This document shows, piece after piece, positions 7,418-16,317 of a DNA stretch of 32,000 nucleotides (its first letter is position 1; each line of letters begins with the position of its first letter). The notes beneath the pieces were generated by a model that had not been told where the DNA came from, did not search any database, and worked only from the letters and a program-made list of their open reading frames with translations. Source of the stretch: Candidatus Methanoperedens sp. (GTDB lineage: Archaea > Halobacteriota > Methanosarcinia > Methanosarcinales > Methanoperedenaceae); assembly GCA_027460535.1 (NCBI GenBank), contig JAPZAR010000020.1, positions 30,001-62,000 of the forward strand, written 5' to 3'. The position numbers and the translations under genes were made by a program.

Positions 7418-9334
7418 TTATCTAATGCTCACATTTGCAATATTTTGCGAGACGAACATGTATATGGACGCATTTGTTGAGTTGTAGTCCAGGAGCATGG
7501 TGGAATCGGACGACGGCTGCCTGCCTGCCGCGTAAGCCTGAAAGAAAGACACATCTCCATCCGGTGCCATTATCTGGATGTAGTGCTGGGTAATCTCAGA
7601 AAGACTTCTGTTTGTATCATAATTGAGCGTGATAGTTGGATTGTCCCATCTGACATCGAGTACGCCCTTTCCACCCGCTTCCTGGTTGGTTAAATTTGCA
7701 GCTAATAACAAACCATAATTGCCCGTGATATTAAAATATGTTACATCTATAGGACTATTGGAAATGTTATTCCATATCAGTGGAGTCGTCTCGTTAAATG
7801 GTGTCGTTTGGTATATCTGTTTTATAGTCCCGTTAGGATCTATGAGGAATACACTGTAATTATTTAATTCACTGTAAGTCCAGCTGCCTCCAGCTCCAGT
7901 GAACCGCGCAACCTTAAAGCTGAAGTTTAGAACAGCAGAAACAGGGGTTCTATTGCTCGTGAAATTAGGTGAACGCCAGGTGGTTCTTGAAGTTACTAAA
8001 TTTGGTGGAGACACTAAACTCATGTTGGAAGAAAGCGAGCCAAGAGGGGCACCCACACCATCTGTAGTTATATTGGTGCCTACTACAGTCCCGCTAGCAC
8101 CAATGGCGGTATTTGAAAAAACCCAGGACTCATTGCTTTTATTGAAGAACCATTTATACGGCGGGGGATTGCTAGGCCACGAAAAATTGGAACCATTAAA
8201 ATATTTTCCCGGAATTTTAACAGTTCCTGTGCCGACATCTTTCTTATTATAACTTAAATTAAGACTAGTGCTCAATAAATCCACGTCAAGGTAGACGTTT
8301 CCAGTTTGCCCCTGCACCACAAGCTTGCCAGTACCATCCCAGGTCTCAGCTGGTAGTAAATATCCAGAACCATCGTCCTCATAACCAGCAAATATATCAA
8401 TTTTGTTCCCAGGATTGGTACCTCCCTTAATATGGAATATCAATGTCTTTGTCCCTGAAGAAAAGTATATATCCCAATCAAGGATGCCACCGTAAGGCAC
8501 TAACCTGAAGCTGAAATCATTTACCGGAGTGGGATTGCTGGGATCAAGCCCCCTTAAAGTAATGGGGTTGGTTATTGGATTATTAGATCCAAATACAGGC
8601 ACAGTTGAAAGTTTTATGCTGGCTGTACGGGTTGTTGAATTTGTGCTGACTGTTGCATATTTTAGACTTCTGGCATATTCGGCCCATGCATCATAGAAAT
8701 CGCTTGTAACATTCACATAAACTGCTCCGCTGCTGCTCTGGACCGGATTTGTCATGTTCGGAACGCTTGCATTTGGGTACAGTATCAGAGGGTTATCCTT
8801 TTTAAAGAAAACAGAAGCAATCCCCTTCCCACCAGCCGAGCCATTACCTCTAATATTGATATCTGCAATGGTTAAAGTAACACCATTATAATCAAATTTT
8901 GGAGGAGATTGCATCGCAGAAGCAGATGAGTGGTATTTCGACCACACTCCACCTCCTTCGTAAGCTACTATCCAGTCTCCATTGCGATAAGTTACCTTTC
9001 CCATGGGTATTGTAACAATATCATTTATTTTCTCTCGTTTTATTGTTATGTAACTTTCTCTGCCTGTACTATTGGGTTCAACTGTAACGGCTCCTCCTCC
9101 AAGATTCATATTAACTATCTGGCTCGGCGATTGCCCAATTATTGCCTGGGTTGCATACATGTTAAATATATTAAAGGTCTGCTCAGCATTCTTAGTACTT
9201 AACATATCCTGCAGGTTGTAGATCGTAGACATGCTGAGCACTGTTATCATGCCCACCCCTATGAGAGTCAAGCTCAGTATTAATAAATGACCTGTAACCT
9301 CAGACTCTCCATTTTCAGATCTTAGGAACATCAT
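7418..9334 (-). CDS. Large archaeal type-IV-pilin-like (class III signal peptide, DUF7289-like) surface protein with a sequon-rich C-terminal extension
   Basis: The start is moved to the ATG at 9334, which makes an ATGA overlap with the upstream stop. The N-terminus ...ENGESEVTGHLLILSLTLIGVGMITVL is a hydrophobic pilin-like helix. The first roughly 200 aa align with the upstream paralog (GQSPSQ, GGGAVTV, VAYEGGGVWSKY, GNGSAGGKGI). I hand-counted about 26 N-X-S/T sequons. Confidence 0.7.
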   Translation of the reverse strand: MMFLRSENGESEVTGHLLILSLTLIGVGMITVLSMSTIYNLQDMLSTKNAEQTFNIFNMYATQAIIGQSPSQIVNMNLGGGAVTVEPNSTGRESYITIKREKINDIVTIPMGKVTYRNGDWIVAYEGGGVWSKYHSSASAMQSPPKFDYNGVTLTIADINIRGNGSAGGKGIASVFFKKDNPLILYPNASVPNMTNPVQSSSGAVYVNVTSDFYDAWAEYARSLKYATVSTNSTTRTASIKLSTVPVFGSNNPITNPITLRGLDPSNPTPVNDFSFRLVPYGGILDWDIYFSSGTKTLIFHIKGGTNPGNKIDIFAGYEDDGSGYLLPAETWDGTGKLVVQGQTGNVYLDVDLLSTSLNLSYNKKDVGTGTVKIPGKYFNGSNFSWPSNPPPYKWFFNKSNESWVFSNTAIGASGTVVGTNITTDGVGAPLGSLSSNMSLVSPPNLVTSRTTWRSPNFTSNRTPVSAVLNFSFKVARFTGAGGSWTYSELNNYSVFLIDPNGTIKQIYQTTPFNETTPLIWNNISNSPIDVTYFNITGNYGLLLAANLTNQEAGGKGVLDVRWDNPTITLNYDTNRSLSEITQHYIQIMAPDGDVSFFQAYAAGRQPSSDSTMLLDYNSTNASIYMFVSQNIANVSIR

Positions 9335-10095
9335 TCGATCACCGTGTCCATCTGGATGTTCAGTATATAGACGTCCACATTGGGTGTATTGAGTCGAGCG
9401 GTACATTCATTGGGGTTACAGCTATCCCATTTAAGTTTGCTTATGAAGTAATCCTTCCAGGCGTCTGAGTAGCTGCTAGCGATTGTGACCGTGATATTGC
9501 TCATATTACCATAAAAAGCGATACTCTGCACCCCTTTAACTTTAACATTTATTATACCGCTGCCTCCTGCAGATGAATCTCCGCTTACATATACAACTGG
9601 CACAAAAAGGATATTGTCCTGTCTGGCTAAAAGAGGCTCATAAAAATTGAGTACGGCACCGTCTGGATATTTTGCCCATGCCCCAGTTCCCTCATAAGCA
9701 ATAACAGTATCCTCTGTTGAACTTTGAATGCTGCGCATTTGCTGATCAACCAGCGTTATTGTTTGGCCGGTTGAGTTTTTCGCTGTTATATTGATCGTAC
9801 TGTTGCCTGTAACACTGACCGTTCCTCCGTCCACCTTTAATTCCATGCTCTGCGAAGGTGCCTGTCCGAGCACTATTTTATTGATATTAGCTGCAAGTAG
9901 AATAAAGCTCTGCTTGGTGTTTTCTATAAGTATGTTCTTCTGGGTATTTTTTAATACTGGATAGCCTGCAATTCCTATAATGCTTAAAGAGAGTATGAGA
10001 ATTCCAGCAAATATGACAAAATCCATCACCTCAGATACCGCATCCTGGGATTTTAGAAAGTAAATTATCCTGGAGAGAATTTTCGTGAAACTCAT
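9331..10095 (-). CDS. Archaeal type-IV-pilin-like protein (class III signal peptide, DUF7289-like)
   Basis: The N-terminus ...SQDAVSEVMDFVIFAGILILSLSIIGIAG is an AVSEV-type pilin-like leader plus hydrophobic helix. Conserved GQAPSQ, GGTVSV, IAYEGTGAWAKY and GDSSAGGSGI are shared with the downstream gene. Five N-X-S/T sequons. Confidence 0.7.
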   Translation of the reverse strand: MSFTKILSRIIYFLKSQDAVSEVMDFVIFAGILILSLSIIGIAGYPVLKNTQKNILIENTKQSFILLAANINKIVLGQAPSQSMELKVDGGTVSVTGNSTINITAKNSTGQTITLVDQQMRSIQSSTEDTVIAYEGTGAWAKYPDGAVLNFYEPLLARQDNILFVPVVYVSGDSSAGGSGIINVKVKGVQSIAFYGNMSNITVTIASSYSDAWKDYFISKLKWDSCNPNECTARLNTPNVDVYILNIQMDTVIE

Positions 10096-10288
10096 ACCTA
10101 ATCAAAAGTATTGTATGTATACTATTTAAAATCTATCATTACAATTATCATAATTATATGATTATTATTATTATCATAGACAAACATTGTCTGGAATCTA
10201 ATTTGTGGAACGCTCATTTTAAGAAAAAATAGCTAAGGTTGAAGAATAATTTTTGGCCTACTGAATGGAAGGGTAATTCTCTCGAATA

Positions 10289-10822
10289 CTAATTGAATTC
10301 GTTCCTAATGACCTCATTTTCCGGAAGAGGCGACCCGCACCTGCCGCAATACTTATTCGATCCTGGATTTTCCCAGCCGCAGGAACATCTTTTCTTTTCC
10401 TCGGCTATGATATACTCCATAAGGTCTGAAAATCTGCCCCTTTTTTTATATAAGATATTCCAGAGGGAATAAACCGGAACCAGTGCCAGAATGAAAAAAA
10501 TAATATTATATGCACCATGCGGCAGAAGGCCTGAGAAGGGTGTGAACATCCCGAAAAGAGTGAGTACAACGAGTAGAAAAACGAGCCCGGATACTGCCGA
10601 CCTGGTTTCAGGGTACCCCGGCAAAGCTATACTCAGCTGGTGATTGAAATCCTTCCTGAATCTCAACAGAACGACGATCACCAAAAGGGAAAGGATAAAA
10701 TCCAGAGCCAGATAAATTGTCCCAACATCCTTGAGAGTGAGGAGTGCAACGAGCTTAACAACCACGATCAAAATAAAAGCGGCTATGGCGTCCATCACAG
10801 GTCTGTATAATTCCCTATTCAT
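10289..10822 (-). CDS. Membrane protein (about 4 TM) with C-terminal zinc-ribbon
   Basis: Four hydrophobic segments followed by CSCGWENPGSNKYCGRCGSPL, a CxC...CxxC zinc ribbon. Confidence 0.6.
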   Translation of the reverse strand: MNRELYRPVMDAIAAFILIVVVKLVALLTLKDVGTIYLALDFILSLLVIVVLLRFRKDFNHQLSIALPGYPETRSAVSGLVFLLVVLTLFGMFTPFSGLLPHGAYNIIFFILALVPVYSLWNILYKKRGRFSDLMEYIIAEEKKRCSCGWENPGSNKYCGRCGSPLPENEVIRNEFN

Positions 10823-10834
10823 GCCTTCGCTCTC

Positions 10835-11053
10835 TTAATCTCCTGCATGATTGATATAGGCATCCGTCAATCCGAAGCAGCCGGTGAGCATCATATCCCC
10901 AAAAGGCGCTGCAAACCTGAAGGGAATCTGTGTCTGGGAAGGCAGTACCATCTTGACACAGTTCTCGATATTTCTTTCGCTGTCGAATAGCAGTATGTCC
11001 TGTGTTCCCATTCCAACATCAACGGCAAGAAATCTCATTATAAATACATTCAT
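10835..11053 (-). pseudogene. Truncated N-terminal fragment of a DUF1786-like (ASKHA-fold-like) protein
   Basis: MRFLAVDVGMGTQDILLFDSERNIENCVKMVLPS resembles, from memory, the N-terminus of the roughly 300+ aa DUF1786 family of methanogens. Here the frame ends after 72 aa and the next gene starts 13 nt later. Confidence 0.35.
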
Positions 11054-11079
11054 ATATCCTTCAGGATATAAGAACCCTT

Positions 11080-11613
11080 ATGGACATACCGCGGCTTCAC
11101 AGAGAAAATTCGCAAAGGCCTTACAAATGTGCAATATTAACTATAAGCACCTCACGGTACGAGAAATATGGTAACGTTGACCGGCCGGAACGAGCCGAGG
11201 ATGCTTCAGGAAAACTTATCTGGGGAATGGTCGAGGTACAGGGGAGCGAGGTGGTGCATTACGAGCTGCTCCCTGATAATATTGATATGATCCGGGAAGC
11301 ATTGAAGAGGGGCCTTTATTCGGAAGCCGATGTGATATTATCGACCGGAGGAACAGGTCTCTCCCCCGCAGATGTGACCATAGAAGCCGTGATGTCATTT
11401 TTTGAAAAAGAGATGCCCGGTTTCGGGGAACTGTTCAGGCAGAAAAGCATAGAACAGATAGGAAACGCAGTGATGCTATCCAGGGCAATTGCAGGCGTAT
11501 CCCGCCAGAAGGCGATATTTTGCCTTCCAGGCTCGCCAAATGCGGTTAAGCTTGCCCTTGAACTTGTTCTGCCCGAGATGGGGCATATCCTTAAACATGT
11601 GAAGGGACTGTGA
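11080..11613 (+). CDS. moaB: Molybdenum cofactor biosynthesis protein B (MoaB/MogA family)
   Basis: CAILTISTSRY, LSTGGTGLSPADVT, FGELFRQKS and FCLPGSPNAV match the MoaB/MogA fold. Confidence 0.88.
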   Translation: MDIPRLHRENSQRPYKCAILTISTSRYEKYGNVDRPERAEDASGKLIWGMVEVQGSEVVHYELLPDNIDMIREALKRGLYSEADVILSTGGTGLSPADVTIEAVMSFFEKEMPGFGELFRQKSIEQIGNAVMLSRAIAGVSRQKAIFCLPGSPNAVKLALELVLPEMGHILKHVKGL

Positions 11614-12981
11614 ATGGAATACAAGTGGAAAGCGATGTTCACTATCTGGATAGGCATTTTTATGGCCACACTGGATACGAGCATCGTGAACGTGGCTCTT
11701 CCCACGCTCACTGAATACTTCAAGACCAATATAACAACTATCGAATGGGTAGTCATGGCATACCTGCTGACGATCACAAGCCTTCTCCTCAGCCTCGGAA
11801 GGATTTCTGATATGGTCGGAAGAAAAACGATATTTGCTGGTGGAATTGCCCTTTTTACGATAGGGTCAGGATTGTGCGCGGTTTCAGCAACTGAAAACCA
11901 GTTGATATTCTACAGGATAGTACAGGGCATAGGGGCTGCTATGCTGATGGCTACCGGGGTTGCGATAATCACGCATGCATTCCCTCCAAGGGAGAGAGGC
12001 AAGGCAATGGGTCTGATAGGAACAGTAGTCGCCATAGGTTCAATGGCCGGGCCTGTAGCAGGCGGGTTTCTGATAGAGCATGTGGGCTGGCAGTCAATTT
12101 TTTATATCAATATACCTATCGGGATTTTCGGTACGGCGATGGCAGTCCGAATTCTCCGGGAGGAAGAAACCACGCAGGGGCAAACCTTTGATGCGGCGGG
12201 CGCTCTTACCCTTTTTATAAGTCTCATCTTGTTATTGCTCGCTTTGAGCCAGGGCCAGGAATTCGGCTGGAGTTCATATTATATTACTTCGCTTTTCATC
12301 CTCTCGTTCGTATTTTTTGTGTTATTTATTATTGTTGAGAACAAAGCCAGGCATCCCATGATGGAACTGCGGCATTTCAGGAACAGGCCGTTCGCAGCCG
12401 CCAATATCAGTGCGCTTATAAGTTTTATGGCAATGTTCAGCGTCATCCTTATGATGCCTTTCTTCCTGGAAAAAGAACTTGGATACTCACCGGAGGACGT
12501 AGGTATTGTGTTCCTGGCAGTGCCGCTTGTGATGTCTGTTATATCCCCGGTGAGCGGCTGGCTTTCGGACAGGACGAGCTCGTATGTGCTGAGTTCAATC
12601 GGAATAGGGATATCAAGCTTATCCATACTGTGGCTAAGTTCCATGGAATCGTCAGCGGGTTTTATCGACGTCACGTCGCGTCTTGCCCTTCTCGGCCTCG
12701 GACTGGGATTGTTCCAGGCGCCGAATAACAGCATAATAATGGGTTCGCTCCCAAAGGAACAGCTGGGTATTGCAGCAGGTACACTGGGAACCATGAGGAA
12801 TATGGGCATGGTTATAGGCATAGCGGTTTCTGGGGCAGTATTTTCTAACAGGTATGTCTATTATGGAAATGTTGACGGTTCTTTCCTTCCGGCATTCCAT
12901 GATACGTACGTCGTTTCTGCGGTCATATGCGGGATCGCGGTGGTGACATCGCTTGTCAGGAGCAACCCTAAAAGCTCATAA
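11614..12981 (+). CDS. MFS transporter, DHA2 (EmrB/QacA-like, about 14 TMS) family
   Basis: 455 aa. LDTSIVNVALP (DHA2 motif), GRISDMVGRK (MFS motif A-like) and about 14 hydrophobic segments. The start codon directly abuts the moaB stop (TGAATG). Confidence 0.8.
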   Translation: MEYKWKAMFTIWIGIFMATLDTSIVNVALPTLTEYFKTNITTIEWVVMAYLLTITSLLLSLGRISDMVGRKTIFAGGIALFTIGSGLCAVSATENQLIFYRIVQGIGAAMLMATGVAIITHAFPPRERGKAMGLIGTVVAIGSMAGPVAGGFLIEHVGWQSIFYINIPIGIFGTAMAVRILREEETTQGQTFDAAGALTLFISLILLLLALSQGQEFGWSSYYITSLFILSFVFFVLFIIVENKARHPMMELRHFRNRPFAAANISALISFMAMFSVILMMPFFLEKELGYSPEDVGIVFLAVPLVMSVISPVSGWLSDRTSSYVLSSIGIGISSLSILWLSSMESSAGFIDVTSRLALLGLGLGLFQAPNNSIIMGSLPKEQLGIAAGTLGTMRNMGMVIGIAVSGAVFSNRYVYYGNVDGSFLPAFHDTYVVSAVICGIAVVTSLVRSNPKSS

Positions 12982-12993
12982 GACAAATTATTT

Positions 12994-13473
12994 ATGAAAT
13001 TTATAATGGACAGGATGCTTGGTAGGCTTTCGCGATGGCTTCGCCTTCTGGGATACGACACTCTTGGGATCGGGAAGCAGGAGAACGAGGATGAATTTCT
13101 TTTCAGGCTGGCAGAAACTGAGGGGAGGGTCCTGGTTTCCAGGGACAGGCTTCTCATCAGGAAGGCCATGAAAAAGGGGATTACCTCGTATCTGATACGG
13201 TCTTCCGAGATCACTGAGCAGCTCAAGGAGATGCACGATGAATTCAATATCAGATTCGAACCAGAGATGGACAGGTGTACATTATGCAATTCAGCTATCA
13301 GAAAGATAAAGCCCGGTGAGATGTCGCTTGTTGAAAAGAAAGATTATGTATACCAGTTGAGGCTTGAGAGCGGGACAGAGTTCTGGATATGCGATAATTG
13401 CGGGCAGGTTTACTGGCAGGGAAAACACTGGAAGAATATTATGGAGACAGTGGAGAAGTTAAAGGTCAAATGA
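12994..13473 (+). CDS. Mut7-C RNase domain protein (PIN-like nuclease with C-terminal zinc ribbon)
   Basis: MLGRLSRWLRLLGYDT at the N-terminus and a C-terminal CTLCN...CDNCGQVYWQGKHW, as in the Mut7-C (PF01927-type) family. Confidence 0.75.
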   Translation: MKFIMDRMLGRLSRWLRLLGYDTLGIGKQENEDEFLFRLAETEGRVLVSRDRLLIRKAMKKGITSYLIRSSEITEQLKEMHDEFNIRFEPEMDRCTLCNSAIRKIKPGEMSLVEKKDYVYQLRLESGTEFWICDNCGQVYWQGKHWKNIMETVEKLKVK

Positions 13474-13489
13474 TTTGATTCTGGTTGTT

Positions 13490-14710
13490 TCAGATTATTA
13501 GCTCTTCCATTTCAACATCCCTGTTGCGCAGCGAAAGTCTGGATACCTTGAACCTTGTCCCATCCGCAAGCATTGCCTCTTCATGTCCCTGTAATCCTGC
13601 GGCCGCGATCCGCCCAATGGCATCGGCTTTCATTATGCCGCTCCCGGAAGTTCCGCTCACCCATGTCAGATTGGACACGGATTCGATAACCGGGGTCATG
13701 TCAGGCCAATGATAGTCATAGTATCCTGCCCATTTGAGAGACAGCGTGTACCCCAGAAGCTCGGGGAAATAGTGATTTAAAACCGGCTCAATTGCCATGT
13801 GAAAATAGAGAGGATCCGGCTCGAGATCGGACATCAGGAATGGCTGGCCAAGGTCGTCTGCGCAGCCAATAATCAGCAGATTTCTATCAAGTATAGGTTT
13901 GATATAAACGCCTCCCGCAGGCAGGATAATAGCAGGTGAAGAATTCTTGTTGACCAGGAGTTGGGCCGGATCCGTAATACTCAGTGCGAAGAGCTGGCGC
14001 TTTTTGGGAAGTATGCCTGAGGCGATACCGATCGGAGCGAGTAGATCATGCGTCCATGCCCCGGTAGCAATAACAAATCGCGTGGCCTGATAGGTATCGC
14101 CATTCTGATCCATGATCCCGCTGACTTTAACTCCATCCCATGGAGCGTAGCGGCTGTTCTGACCTGTCAGAATGAAGCTTTTAATATCGGTATTGAAACG
14201 GACATGTCCACCTAATGATTCAAACCCGGAAGCATAATGCTTTGCAAGAGCCATCGCGGAGATGGAGCCGCACAGATGGCAGTATATCCCTTTATGAACA
14301 TCGGGGAAAAAGCCTTTTGCTTCGGTATTCAGCCTGAGAATATCAAATAATCCTGTTCTGTCCAGTACTTCGAATCGGTCATTTTTCGGATCAAGGGGCC
14401 GTATGGCTTTTTGGGATTTTTTCCATTGCTCTTCGGAAAATAGCCAGAGATAACCTATTGGGTCTATCTGGACCTTATCGCCAAGTTCCAGATAATACTT
14501 GATGGAACTGCCTGCAAGAATCCTGCTTATGGAAGATGAGAAAAAGTTCCGGTAAAGAGCTGCGCTCTTTGCCGTATTCCCTGCACCTGCGGTACGGTTC
14601 TTATCAATGAGCAATATCTTGCTCTCAGGTTGTGCACCTTTCAAATGATAGGCAGTAGAGCTTCCTACGACCCCTGCACCCACAATAATGTAGTCATAGT
14701 TCATGTGCAC
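13490..14710 (-). CDS. FAD-dependent oxidoreductase (DAO / glycine-sarcosine oxidase-like family)
   Basis: N-terminal dinucleotide-binding YDYIIVGAGVVGSSTAYHL, 406 aa, and a C-terminal GTSGSGIM motif typical of the DAO family. Substrate unknown. Confidence 0.75.
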   Translation of the reverse strand: MHMNYDYIIVGAGVVGSSTAYHLKGAQPESKILLIDKNRTAGAGNTAKSAALYRNFFSSSISRILAGSSIKYYLELGDKVQIDPIGYLWLFSEEQWKKSQKAIRPLDPKNDRFEVLDRTGLFDILRLNTEAKGFFPDVHKGIYCHLCGSISAMALAKHYASGFESLGGHVRFNTDIKSFILTGQNSRYAPWDGVKVSGIMDQNGDTYQATRFVIATGAWTHDLLAPIGIASGILPKKRQLFALSITDPAQLLVNKNSSPAIILPAGGVYIKPILDRNLLIIGCADDLGQPFLMSDLEPDPLYFHMAIEPVLNHYFPELLGYTLSLKWAGYYDYHWPDMTPVIESVSNLTWVSGTSGSGIMKADAIGRIAAAGLQGHEEAMLADGTRFKVSRLSLRNRDVEMEELII

Positions 14711-14890
14711 TCGCAGTACTATCCCAGAATGACAGTAAGGATTAAGTATTTTTCTTTTTCACCCTGCAATACGACTTCAGTTTTTGGCATTGGCGGGAAT
14801 GAGCTTGAATTCTGATGAATGCCGATGGCATTCAGTCGCGATTGAAGAATAATTACCATAGAGTTGGTTCTTGCCAATACTGTCAATATT

Positions 14891-15640
14891 TTATATTTCA
14901 AATTGCATATCATCAAGTGTGGTAATCGTATTATGGAATATTTCTCTCGCTTTCTCCTCGGCTTCTTTCCTCTGCCGTAATGTCTGGTAGATATTTGCAT
15001 CGAAGTGCAATAGAACCATTTTTTTTGCTTTTGCCTCTTTTGCTATCCGCGCTGCCCCTTCAGGATTCAAATGCGGCCAATTGTCATTATTATATCCACT
15101 CTTAAATGAACATTCTGTAATCAGGAGATCAGAATTTCGCGATAATTCTTTTGCATTTTCACAAATACCGGTATCAGCGCAATAAGCTATTATTTTATCA
15201 TCCAGTTCAAATCGATATCCCATACATTTTGCAGAATGAAACAGGAATCGACATTCTACTGAAAATGGAACTTCATGGCGCCCTTCAGGAAGATCATGAA
15301 TATCAACTTTGAAAGGCAATTTTGAAAACGGAACCGTGTAAGGCGTATTGATTATTCTGTCAAGTATATCTTTTGTACCCTCCTGTCCATAAATGTGCAG
15401 TCCCTGCCGGAAATTGAATTTATTCAGAATGTGCAGGCCGATGATGTGGTCAAGATGGAAGTGGCTGAGAAAAAGGTATATCGGTTTCCTGCTGGTGTTG
15501 ACAATATACCGGTCTATTTTATAAAATCCATTGCCAGCATCAAGAATAATAAAGTGGCTATTGGTTTCTATGAGGGTGCATATAGTGTTTCCAGTATCTG
15601 TATCATACCATCCATTAGTTCCGAGAAAGCTAATTTTCAT
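14891..15640 (-). CDS. MBL-fold metallo-hydrolase (RNase Z/BN-like)
   Basis: The start is moved to MKISFLGTNGW (ATG at 15640). HFHLDHIIGL is the HxHxDH metallo-beta-lactamase motif, with a later LLHF. Confidence 0.8.
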   Translation of the reverse strand: MKISFLGTNGWYDTDTGNTICTLIETNSHFIILDAGNGFYKIDRYIVNTSRKPIYLFLSHFHLDHIIGLHILNKFNFRQGLHIYGQEGTKDILDRIINTPYTVPFSKLPFKVDIHDLPEGRHEVPFSVECRFLFHSAKCMGYRFELDDKIIAYCADTGICENAKELSRNSDLLITECSFKSGYNNDNWPHLNPEGAARIAKEAKAKKMVLLHFDANIYQTLRQRKEAEEKAREIFHNTITTLDDMQFEI

Positions 15641-16264
15641 ATCATCCCTATTTGCACAAACATTTAGAACGCCATCCTTATCATGAGAGCTGTCACTATG
15701 AGCGTAACTCTTCCTCATTCGTTAAAATTCTGGGTATGTTTTCTTAAAGTCTATCTTCTCCAATTATTTCAATAACATATTGAATTAAAGCTAATTCTCT
15801 AAGGATTTTTCAAGTTCTATTTTTTTTATAGCTGTTTCATGTACAATACTGAACTGGCTTTTCCTTTCGTTCCATGTGTGTTCGGATGCTCTGTTAACAA
15901 GACCGCTCCAGAATAAATCCATATATGTCACCTCAATTAAGAATTGTTCGGTAATTATAAAGGGAATATCCAAGCGGGGTGAAACTAATCATGACCCAAG
16001 GGTTCATAGATACTGTATAAAAAATGTAATTCCAATCGAAGTAATACAGCTTGGAATGATTTCGGATTTGCATATTGATTCATTCAATTTTACATGAATC
16101 AAACTAATCTTTTTCAAATAGTGCATTTAGGATTCTTCTGATCTCTTCAGCAGTTCCCTCTAACAAATAATAATAGAAATTTTATCAATCTTTATAAAAC
16201 TATTTTCTGTAATTTCTGCTTTTTTTGAGGTGAATATTAGTGAGTAAAAGATAACGTATCGAAA

Positions 16265-16279
16265 GATTAATATAATAAC
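16265..16279 (+). promoter_or_regulatory. Candidate TATA box for the winged-helix regulator gene
   Basis: gattaatataataac lies about 40-50 nt upstream of the ATG at 16318, in an AT-rich gap. Confidence 0.3.
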
Positions 16280-16317
16280 AGTATGACTTATTGCAAGAAC
16301 TAATATGGGAAATCATT

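Noticed and set aside
9335-9406. Longer start (9406) for the large pilin-like gene
   Set aside because: It would overlap the upstream paralog by 76 nt and add a non-pilin-like MYRSTQYTQCGRLYTEHPDGHGDR leader. The ATG at 9334 gives a standard ATGA coupling and a pilin-like N-terminus.
12279-13289. Minus-strand ORFs across the MFS and Mut7-C genes (12279..12821, 12652..12900, 12861..13289, 12988..13236)
   Set aside because: These are shadow ORFs opposite well-supported genes.
14719-15000. 93 aa minus-strand ORF between the FAD oxidoreductase and MBL hydrolase genes
   Set aside because: It overlaps the 3' end of the MBL gene in another frame and has basic low-complexity composition. It is more likely the promoter and 5' UTR region of the FAD oxidoreductase gene.
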